The notes under the pieces: model-generated | The model's database searches: none | Seen by the model: the letters and a program-made list of their open reading frames with translations, nothing else | What the model was told of the DNA's origin: nothing | Translations under genes and position numbers: made by a program | In this document: positions 54,401 through 64,000 of the stretch, one piece after another | How positions within the stretch are numbered: the stretch's first letter is position 1 | Layout of the letters: every line of letters starts with the position of its first letter | Source: Ophelia neglecta | Taxonomy: Eukaryota | Assembly (NCBI GenBank): GCA_965285935.1 | Contig: OZ260664.1 | Span: 72,354,001-72,418,000, forward strand | DNA length: 64,000 bases | Direction of reading: 5' to 3'

Positions 54401-57400
54401 AACGAACTAATATTTTGTCAGAAAATTTCATATTCACGGACATATAGATGGAAATGTCCCATATATTTTTAAGGCATATTCACGATTTCACGAACGTGGG
54501 ATTAGTTGTGATGAAATAATAAGTGATCGCAGACAATGGCCATGAATATTATTCCAAACAAAAGTCAATAAAACTGGTCCTTTTCCCACGTTTTACGCAG
54601 TTTTTAACCACGTTATGAAAGTGTGGGCAAGGATAGGTATAAATATAAATAAATAAAAAATAAATAAAAAAGGCATTCGACAATACAAGCACAACTTAAG
54701 CATATAACTAAGTTTTCAATCTTAGGCTTCAGGATTTCACGGCTATTACACACCAATGACTATTGCATCTGTAACGGTTGACGATCAGTGCCAAAACGAA
54801 CGCAATGTATATATCTAGACGAACATCGTGCTGGTTAATCATTATTTGACACGCTGCCTTAGGTAAATCGGAACACAAAGGCTCAGAAGAAATCGTCACT
54901 TTTTCAGGTACAAGACTTCAGAAAGTCTGCCTTATTGTTGGACTCACTTGGTTGAGCTACTTTTGAATCCCATATTTTGGAAGCCATCCTCAGTTATACT
55001 TGGTAAGTGAATTTTCACTACAACAAAATTCATTTATGAAGAAATGTCTACGTAAGATTATTAAGATTTAATTACCAATGGCTAATAATAACAGGCCATA
55101 GATGTAAATTAAAATACACGCCGTCTATGACGCCACTAGCTAGTAACTGGAGTAATCTTTCAAAAAATCCAGCCACTGATATCCTGTTAATTGTTATCAC
55201 CAACATTCCTCTGACGTATTTTTAGCACATCTTGATGCGTAGACGTCACGCGGGAGACCGTAGCAGGGAATACTGGTGTCCTATATCAACGTGACGGGTG
55301 AGGTTAATTATCCGTCTGCTGCAGCAGTAACACCGAATGATAAGGACTGCCGTGCGTCACTTGTATGTCATATTGCCTCAGTGACATTTTGGGATTGACT
55401 ATTTTTAGATTCAAAATACGTTATCCAGAGGCTGGAAAATATCTCTTGGGGAATTGACAGACGCAAGGCTATAGGCTCTTGCAAACGTCAATACACGTTA
55501 ACGAAACCTCGATGTCACATAAGACAATTGATAAAAAATTGACTTAAATAGTATTATAAAGCAGCTTCTTCCATTTCAATTGCCAAAAGGCTGCATTGCA
55601 TAATCATGGTGAATGTGTATGGTCTGTCCCTTGAGGAATTTGGTTAGTCGACCGGCTTCTTCGTATAATCATTGACATCAACCTGACAAGAGACTCTATT
55701 GGTGGTGCCGACTTTATGGCATAACAATTGGAAACAAGCATAAATGACTCCCAAGGGACGGATTGCTTTGAAGAGGCTATATAGATGGAAATAAAAGGGA
55801 GAGCCGACGCGGAAGAAGCATGGCGTGTGGGGAAAACCGTCAGGTGTTGAATGATAATACCTGCTTATGTATGATATATAGATAGGGAAGAAAGCACCAA
55901 TTACCCAAAAGGCAAGGAATATAAACATCGTGTCCAAAACCTCGAAATAAGATGGAAACAAATTGACAAATAAGTTGCTTGTCTTGTGCCCTACTTTACA
56001 ATTAAACTATGACAGTGAACAGACGCATTCTAAGAGTAATAACAACTTATTTTCGGCCGGGTGTGAGTCATTATCGATAAACAGAAATGTTCGCGACTAG
56101 GGTTATACTCAATAAAATGATACCATGTCCTATATTTCAATTTTCGAGATAAATGGACCCTAAAAAAACACACACATTATCCAAGGAAAGATATGCCAAT
56201 TGTATAATCGAGAATATTTTTCATATAAGTCGCCCGTCATATTACACTTAATATATTCGATAAAACTAGCTTAATTCCCAAATGGAGGCATGTTTCATTG
56301 ACATATAAAGCGGTTTAATATACAATTTGGACAGAAAAACAAACCAATTTGGTACTGTTCGCCCACTAGAAGCGAAAAGGCTAATAACTTCATAGCTTGA
56401 TCACGAACCAACCTACATGAAAACAAAACTACAATTGAAAATTACGAGTAGTTGATTGCTGCTTGTTTCACATATCTCCGCTGGTTATATAAGCCAAATG
56501 AATATTGTTAGGAACGAGAGTCATCTATTAGGAGGTGATCTGCATTATATATACTCTACTGCGGAAAACAACAGACCTGCTTTGTGTGAACCTATATTTA
56601 TCAATATCATGATATGATGTACCTTATTATGCAGTGACAAGAGTACTGCTAAATTAACTGTTTTTTATAAGTTAGAATTAGAGATCACATGAACTAAGAA
56701 GCAATATCCGATAGCAAGCTCATAGAGCTGGTAAATTAAGACGATAATAGAGTTCAGGTACATTTTATGCCCTCATTGTGTTCTACAAATTTTTTTTTTT
56801 TGCAAGAAAATAAGGAATTGTTTGTCACTGGTAAGATAAATGGTAATTGCATCATGCAATAGCATCTTCAACTCATGTCAACTGGATTGAAGTAGGAAAG
56901 GCATGACGAGCACTTCTTTACTGCACACAGTAATCGGGACCACGATAACGTGTGTATTTCTAAACTAGAACTAAACAATAATATGAACAGCATTGTAAAT
57001 ATTTGTATATTGCATAGTGTTTGTCTAGTTAATCCATTGTGCTTGTCTGAGATGGTTTCAGCCAAAGCAAATGCACAATGAAAAATATCATTGCAAGGCC
57101 GGCAAGTTAATATGATAAGCCCTTCCAATTGTTGGTTTGCCTTTTTATTGAATAATTGCAATGAAATCGAAACTACCTACATGGCATTCTTAATCTTCAA
57201 ATAGTACTAAAAGAATTGCTGATAAATAAGTACACAATAACATGGCTGTTAGTGCCTGATTGCACTAGGCATATCGTGTACGACATAATTCCAATATAGA
57301 AAACAACTTTTTAAAGGATAGCTTGTATTCTGCGAATGTAGATAAGACCTAGAGGAAGGGATTGATAGGTGTTTTCGAGGCAAATGTTTGCTCAGGAACT

Positions 57401-60400
57401 AGTCGTCCTAAAAGTAGCTTTGGTTAAATTCCTTATATTGAACAGATGGTAAAATTTGCCAAGTTCTCAACGAAATTTAATATTTTGCTCCACGAAGCAA
57501 TATCAAGTGCAGACCATTTGCCGAATCGAGTTTCCTATGAAGAAAACCACGAAATGACTTGATTTTGTGATCCGAAATTAGTAAGAGAAATGTGGAATAA
57601 GCCACTGGTTATTCCAATGTCCAGCTTGAAAAGCATCAGTTACCAATGTAAAATTATCTGAAATATTCTTAGGCACAAGATGACCAGTGTAAAAGGTTGA
57701 TGTTTATCGATTGGTGTCCACCATGCACTCAATCCTTAGCAGGAACAATTTATGCCAGCCAAGCGTACGGACAGATAAAGTCGGTAGATGAAGCGTGAAA
57801 AAAGCCCCTTCTTCGTAGATCAGCCCAGTAAACGGCTTTCAAGGCTAACGTTGTCGGATCCGCTTTAAGATTTAATTAAAATGTGAACCAATGTCCCCTG
57901 GATTAAATGAAGGGGCTCTTGGAAAGCTATGGTTCTCAACCTGGTGTTTTCAAGATTGGTACGTGTTTATTGCTTACAGAATATGTATGGGATTGGCAGG
58001 ATGTTCCCGGAAAATCTGGTTTGTGCATCAAATCGATGCATTTATACTTATACTCTTCACTTTTTTCTCATATGGTGATTGAAATAAACGATATAAATCA
58101 ATCATGCATAGTAATTACTAAATTAAACCCGGAATAATTATTTGGAGCAATTTTGCCATAGTTATCCGCTACAAGCATCATTATATGGCTAATGTTAGAA
58201 ACAACAGCATTGAAAAATTAAGTAAAGCATGCATGAAAATGGTTTATGCATCGCCCTTATTAATGTTTAGAAATGTGTCAGAAATACTGGTGCCTGTAGA
58301 ACGCCAATGTAAAATACGGCCAATGCTATTTTCATTATAGTCCATGCAAATACGAAATTTTCCCTATTTCCATTTAATTGGATTCTATGGAGCCGCTCGT
58401 TTAGCCCGTGGTTTGAAGTGAAAGACAGTCGACCAGCCAATATCGGGTAATAAACGTAGTTAGGGTAACAATGAATACGTCGGACCAGGCGAACTCATAA
58501 GAGACGCCTCCAATAATTTAAAAGCACAAGATGTGGACAGATGCTTGACAAATACACGCTGTGAATATTAGCAGGGTTCCGAGGTTTATACCATGATATG
58601 TCAATGGTTTCCTCAGAAGCCGTTGACTACTACCTACCCNNNNNNNNNNNNNNNNNNNNNNNNNNNNNNNNNNNNNNNNNNNNNNNNNNNNNNNNNNNNN
58701 NNNNNNNNNNNNNNNNNNNNNNNNNNNNNNNNNNNNNNNNNNNNNNNNNNNNNNNNNNNNNNNNNNNNNNNNNNNNNNNNNNNNNNNNNNNNNNNNNNNN
58801 NNNNNNNNNNNNNNNNNNNNNNATAACTTTCACCGGCACAGTGTCCTGTCATATATAGTTAGACAATCTTTAAGGGTCGCATTTGGTTTGACCGACAACC
58901 TTTCGGAAATAAGTCCACCCCCAATCTAGCCTCAACCTTCTGCCAGAGGTCGGAATATATGCTAGATTGGCATGTGGTTAAATAACAGAATACAGAGAGA
59001 ACGCCATGTCAGTTCTATCATTGTCATTTAAGGTCACACTTTAAAGTATCTAAACAGTTATTATAACAAGCATTGAAATCTATCAAATGGAGACCAGGCA
59101 AAGAGCAAATAGTGTCTACAGATATGCCCCATTATCAAACATTGTGGGTAACAGCAATATACACAAAAAGGAGATGAATCTGCCGGTTAAAAGAGCAAAT
59201 CCAAAGGTATGACTTTTATTTTTGTCTTTCCTTGCTCAAATCCAGGGCACTGCATATAAAATGGAAGGCTTGCCTGCTGAGGTTTGACGGCAGTTGTCCA
59301 GATGTTCTGTTCATTTGCAATGTCCTCGACAGGATATGAGAAAGCGGCTAGCCCCTATCCATCACTTCTTTGTAGTAATACAACAAAAGCAAGAATAATG
59401 GGTACATTTCTACAGCGTCGTAAGTATACATTTGCCCATTTGTTTATATTTTGAAGCACCGAGTAAAATTGTCTTTCAGGATTAGGAGGCCGAGAGCCGT
59501 TTGCATATGCAATATAAAGATCTGTCCGTATTGGACGCATAAATTATGAAAGTTGTCCATGATCAGAATCAAGTCTGAGCATAACTTAGTTGAGTAGCCG
59601 CTGCATATTTGAGATAATTTGTGGGTTTTAAATCAAGACGATTGGCTTGACGACAAAAATCCTTTTATAAGGCACGATCGCCAAAGTGAGTTTGCCTCGA
59701 CAGCGAAACACTTTAAATAGTCCTTGCCCTATCTCTATGCACACTGCATGACAATTCTCTAATATAGAAATGACACTACCATCTCCCCTTTTATATAGAG
59801 ATACTTGTGCCTCGTCTATATGATAAATAGCATTATTTCATTTCGTACCATATATTGCTCGGTTGAAGATCATTTCTGTTTTATTGACCTGAAAGTTATT
59901 AGGTCTAATATACGTATTGGAAAAAAGAGAGTTGGCATAGGCTATTTCATAGATAGTTTTCTAAATTTCTACAATCATCAAATTTTCTAAGCATATGATA
60001 TGCAAAAAATATTTCATACGAAACATATATTACCACACAAATCATCTTCAAGGAAAAGAAAACAATGCCACCTGAATAGTAGGGATGCAACAAGGAGTGA
60101 ATCCATCATGGAAGCTGGTGTGTGTATCTTCTACTGGTGTTTATTACTGCGCTGGTCTGGTATCTATTATTCATTTTGATTGAAAGTCCTTTGTTTTAAA
60201 GATTTTTAGCCAGTAGTCCTGGATTCCTACCAACATGAGTAAGCAGATAGCGCGATTGGGAAAATATAGAATTGTTAAAACAACGTGATTTTGTTCTGAT
60301 CTTTCGTCATCGGCAAAAATGAAATCGGTAATGTAGACGGATACACTTACACAGCGGCGAAGAGACTGAAAATGCCAGCCCCATTCAGAGAGATTCAGTA

Positions 60401-62553
60401 GAAAGCGTGCACTACAAACGTGCTGACTCTACACGGTACCTCTTATGGTTTATTTTAACTTATGAGGAATGTTGAAAAAAAAATGGAGGCATCCCCCCCC
60501 CCCGACCCCACCAATAAATTTGACCATTTCAGAAAGAACAGCATATTTTATGCAACAAGGATGTCATACCTTTGTTGTACCCAATCTTTCCATTTAAAAT
60601 ATATAGAATGTGCAAAACATGACTCGATCTAATAAATTTAGCTTTGCTCAAAAAAAAAGAAAACATTTTCCCCATTTTTAGAAGACGCTGGTTAAACAAG
60701 ATTTTTGAACTTGGTAAATCTGTACCCACTTGTGCAGTTTAAGGAAATATATCTAAAAATAGTGTCGTTCTTATCATGCTGTATTTGATGATTGGACACA
60801 AATTAAAGTAAGTGACATCTATGGAAAAGACCGCAAACTGTGGTCACTGTTTTTCGAACACAAAATGCTGCACCGCCGTCAGTATATTACTGTAAATTAT
60901 CGTAATGTTCCTCGGTATACGAAGAGATATGGGGTGCATGATGTCAATTAAATAGACTGGGTTATTATTTGTTAAGAGTTGGGATCGCCTCTCAAAATCG
61001 CAAGAATCGTTACTGGGCCACTGCACTGGTGGAGATATGACCAAATGGCATGCTGAACAACATCAAATCAAACGTTAAACACACCCAGGTCGATTAACCG
61101 CTGCTCATGTTTTAGTTGCTCTCTAGCTCTACATAACTTTAACAGCATGATGCAGTGTGAAACGGAATTCTGTGGCGGAAAAGTCAAATTGGAGCTCATT
61201 GTGATTGATGTAACGAATCAGATCCATAATGAATGTATAGCTTAACATTTCAACATTTAAATAAAAATGAACCTTTAGCCTTTTTTCTTGCCATTAATGA
61301 TGATGCATACCTTTCATCTATCAAAATGTACTAACATGTTAAGATTTGAGGCAATAACGATCGACTTTACCGTGCTTCATCAAAATGAATAGGAAACATT
61401 AGCTCCTTTATTAAACTGACTTTTTCTATATGTGAAGACGATATACGAATAAAAACCCACGGGTACATTCCTACTCAAATAATACTTTGTACCATATAAT
61501 GATTCAGAATTATCAATAGAGGTTGGACGTGGCCCTGTATGCTTCCCATATTGAACATCTAACAGTGTATGTTTAAAAGTCGGCGAATTATCCAAATTTT
61601 GATGAAACTGTTCGGTCACAATCTGTAATGAAATAAAATACATTCCGTTGGTTTTGTCTGACCGTTTTTCAATATAGTGTGCAATCTGACGAGGCCCACA
61701 TGGGCTGCCTAACCAAACCATTGTTTCGTGCATGAACACTTCCGCTGCTCCCAAATGTACTCTGGTGGGCTGCCTACCTGCCGTGTCTACATGAATCGAG
61801 AGACGGGGTCCCAATTTCCCGCCATTCACAGTAATGTCATCTTGTTAGTGTCGTTTGGGTCTGGCCGGTTGGCACGTGAACATATGACTAACATTGCTAT
61901 CAACGTCGATATAAAATACAGCACAGGGCCAATTGATCACCATAATAAGTGTGGTTAGTACTCTATTACAACCTGAATATATAAAACGGTGCTCTATAAA
62001 GGACAATTCATTTCTTGACAAGGGTTTGAACAGATCTCATTATTTCGTTTGGAATTCGAAGAAAAACGCAAATCAATCCATAGAGCCCGTTGCATTACAT
62101 TTAACACATTTTGCAACTTCATTCATTATAACATAGTGAGGGTTTACTGTGGTGTAAGAGCTGAAAGAAAAGGCATGAGAATTATGGCCATTCGTGTCTT
62201 CATTGTCTATGTCTTCTTAACTTTATCTAGTCAATGGTCAGCACCCACATTACGATTTCATTTCTCTGCATTTCTACCTTAAATAAATACCGGCACTGAA
62301 GCATTGAGCACTTTCCAGAAAGATTTACTCTCCACTCAATGCTTGACAAAATCCTTTCTGGACGAGTTTGAAACATTATGCTTACTGATGAGTACCTGAC
62401 GGAATATTCATTCTCATGGGAATGGTCATTATGAGACATGCTCAAGTTTATTAGCTCTAAATATAGCAAAGTAAGCTTACCTACGCCACAGTAGAGTAAA
62501 AGCTGCAGAGTGTGCAACACCAAGCTATTCCAATAGGGAACCATTGTCAGCAT
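36443..62553 (-). CDS. CA10: Carbonic anhydrase-related protein (CA10/CA11-like CARP, acatalytic, secreted), 321 aa; join 62553-62481, 48434-48387, 44114-43978, 42156-41965, 41233-41138, 40813-40747, 40464-40310, 40129-39995, 39840-39801, 36465-36443
   Basis: Ten GT-AG exons with consistent phases sum to 966 nt. Motifs: [78 protein letters not shown] and NNYR...LNNRPVRTNINF. The symbol marks the CA10/CA11 family rather than proven 1:1 orthology. Confidence 0.92.
39119..39145. repeat. (GT)n microsatellite plus poly-G
   Basis: Directly visible. Confidence 0.9.
39801..39840 (-). CDS. CA10: CARP exon 9 (TKGCTMEKQMNYQ)
   Basis: CATTTCAG acceptor and AAG|GTAGGC donor; 40 bp; contains the C-terminal Cys. 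Confidence 0.82.
39995..40129 (-). CDS. CA10: CARP exon 8 (MMLMRELMQG...NNYRRPMPLNNRPVRTNINFTPLAP)
   Basis: ATTTAAG acceptor and CCA|GTAAGT donor; N.R..PLN.R motif. Confidence 0.9.
40310..40464 (-). CDS. CA10: CARP exon 7 (GQQTRIRH...[16 protein letters not shown]...EH)
   Basis: CTTTCAG acceptor and CAC|GTAGGT donor; GSLT.P.C.E.VTW motif. Confidence 0.93.
40747..40813 (-). CDS. CA10: CARP exon 6 (IGNRPNQEFDIIAQNLKQVRYR)
   Basis: TTTACAG acceptor and G|GTAGGT donor; 67 bp, phase 0/1. Confidence 0.88.
40854..41050. mobile_element. One end of a PIF/Harbinger-like MITE in a CARP intron
   Basis: TAA followed by GGCCGGATCACACTG, CG-rich subrepeats and a TTTTAAACAGCTCAAAA quasi-palindrome. The second end was not found. 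Confidence 0.45.
41138..41233 (-). CDS. CA10: CARP exon 5 (IQIIGYNTDLYGNMTQSLYSAYGLAMVGILAQ)
   Basis: TTTCATTTAAG acceptor and CAG|GTAAGG donor; 96 bp. Confidence 0.9.
41965..42156 (-). CDS. CA10: CARP exon 4 (ISGNLINTGH...FPAE)
   Basis: CTTTCAG acceptor and GAG|GTATGT donor; GSEH motif. Confidence 0.93.
43978..44114 (-). CDS. CA10: CARP exon 3 ([12 protein letters not shown]...DKHR)
   Basis: TTTTGCTAG acceptor and AGG|GTATGA donor; QSPINI motif. Confidence 0.93.
48387..48434 (-). CDS. CA10: CARP exon 2 ([17 protein letters not shown])
   Basis: TTCTTTTCAG acceptor and G|GTATGT donor; 48 bp; CARP-typical WWTY.GISG. Confidence 0.9.
50459..53217. repeat. 98-bp direct repeat pair (50459-50556 and 53120-53217)
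   Basis: GAATGTGT.TA.AATTTCTGTGGTGAGATTTGAAGGAGGCGATAT...CTATAAAATATG.AT; 8 mismatches by manual count. Confidence 0.9.
50770..51215. repeat. Minisatellite with a unit of about 42 bp (GCCCTTGTAAGGAGAACCTGTCAATCGTAATGAAATGTGCCA), about 10 degenerate copies
   Basis: Recurrent CTTGTAAGG.GAACCTG.CAAT cores at about 42-bp spacing, with some partial units. Confidence 0.9.
55700..55960 (-). mobile_element. Possible very decayed L2 RT remnant
   Basis: Weak ordered resemblance: FWVIGAFFPIYISYIS (FGI.G.AL.WF.SYLS) and GSPFYFHLY..IRPLGVI (GP.LF.LY..PLGDI). Confidence 0.3.
58640..58822. other. Assembly gap (183 N)
   Basis: Run of N inside CARP intron 1. Confidence 0.99.
62481..62553 (-). CDS. CA10: CARP exon 1, signal peptide (MLTMVPYWNSLVLHTLQLLLYCGV)
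   Basis: ATG at 62553, a hydrophobic stretch, and a strong phase-1 donor GTAG|GTAAGC that matches the phase of the 48434 exon. Confidence 0.7.
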
Positions 62554-63634
62554 TGTTTCACAATCAGCATATGGTCATGCGAAACATCCATCCGTATATA
62601 TGAGATTTGACCATTCTTCTGCTTTGTAGAGTAATTACAAAACTCACCAAAACGTAGAATCCTATACGAAATGACGATTAAATCATTCTAATTCTTGTAA
62701 AATAACGTTTGATGGCTGATGCAGTTCCAAAACCTGAAGACCTGGTATAACACTTAGTGAATGGCAGGGATTGTGAAAACGCCCGTCCCTTAAATAAGTA
62801 TCTTACTCTTGAAATGACATGTTAAAATCCCCTTAATAAGTGAAGAACACAGTACGTACGGATCACCGACCGCCTTGCCAATGACAATTGCGAGCAGCAG
62901 AAGCGGATTTTGCTTGTTTGTCTCTCGGGCGTGCGCCAGCCTAAAGCGAGGGCACCTCCTTGTCAGTCTGACTCGTACTTTTTCCGCCTAAATAATGAGC
63001 ACGCGTGGTTAGAAAATAACGAGCCTGACCTTTAGCTAGTTGCAGCATTATCATCATTCGTCTGGTATAGTTCCATCATACATACCGTGTGTATATCCGT
63101 TTAAAACAGAGCTCGAAAGGGACTGTGCTGTGTTTAACCCATTATATGTGATCACCATCAATTTGTTATCATCTTATATAATCATAGAATTTAACATTGT
63201 GCCTTAAAATGTTAAAGAAACGCAAAATATTTGGTGAATTGGTACATTAAAGATTATTAGTTCCGGATAAAAAGGGAACACTGTATAGTAGTCACTGACA
63301 CTCACATGCTGATATCAAATTCCCCTATAAAGGCTTCTCTTGTAAATGTTTTAAAATAAGCACACTGAGCACACTGGGAACAAACACAATCTTTCCATAT
63401 TTCAGACTTATTCCGGAAAAAATTGCAAACAAATGGCACGTTGGATTGAGCAAGGCCATACCTGTTCTTGATGAATTAAGGATGGGTAGACACAACAACT
63501 GTAGTTTTGACGTCGATATCTGTCCCCTGAGGCGGTGAGTGCCCGTAGCAATCAGAACATCCAATATGGAACTTTTATATGGATGGAAGTCAATGGAGAC
63601 ATGACTGATAAAACAAGATTAGAGGATTTGTCAC

Positions 63635-63678
63635 CAAGAGAGCTATATGCTGTGTTCAAGAGAGCTATATGCTGTGTT
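63635..63678. repeat. 22-bp perfect tandem duplication (CAAGAGAGCTATATGCTGTGTT x2)
   Basis: Directly visible. Confidence 0.9.
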
Positions 63679-64000
63679 AACTTTGACATAAACATGTGCT
63701 CACACGTATTTGATTTGCATATAGTTCCCAATAGGGCAGAGTTTGTGTTCGGATGCGCCTGCTCTTTATTGCCTTGACAATACCATCACTAAATCATTGT
63801 TTTAAATTGAAATACTAAAACAGACTTATTCATAGCATTTCAGCAGAGAACATATTTATGGGCACTCATGTTGTAATACAGAGACACACTGACTAATATA
63901 TTAACAAAAAACTATCCTATGATATTAGGAAGCAGACGAGCTGGATTCAACAAGACACTCTTTGTGTGAGGAGATAAACACCAGAGGTTTATGTCAATGG

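Noticed and set aside
58593-58858. ORFs spanning the N run
   Set aside because: Artefacts of the assembly gap.
57890-61829. ORFs at 57907-58137 and 61380-61829 as genes
   Set aside because: They lie inside CARP intron 1 and have no recognisable domain; at best they are faint LINE-like remnants.
63535-63777. Crypton/DUF3504-like transposon fragment (RLEDLSPRELY)
   Set aside because: The similarity is too short to support without a profile search, and the ORF is partly produced by a tandem duplication.

Overview
This is AT-rich, intron-containing eukaryotic DNA, most likely from an invertebrate animal; the species cannot be determined from the sequence. Two spliced genes lie on the minus strand. 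(1) The 5' portion of a cellular (RNAi-type) RNA-dependent RNA polymerase gene: coding exons 3658-3400, 3277-1581, 1430-1227 and 235-110 give 762 codons. The gene runs off the window start, so the catalytic DxDGD motif is not visible. One intron holds a long-TIR MITE, a 5'-truncated L2/CR1-group LINE lies upstream (probably in a 5' UTR intron), and a 150-bp diverged fragment of a second RdRP copy sits at 11177-11326. (2) A complete 10-exon secreted carbonic anhydrase-related protein gene (CA10/CA11-like, 321 aa, 62553-36443) that lacks two of the three zinc-binding histidines. The remainder is intergenic or intronic DNA with decayed LINE remnants, mini- and microsatellites, dispersed and inverted repeats, and a 183-N assembly gap. 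I found no prokaryotic systems, CRISPR arrays or intact RNA genes. Most short ORFs in the track are spurious.
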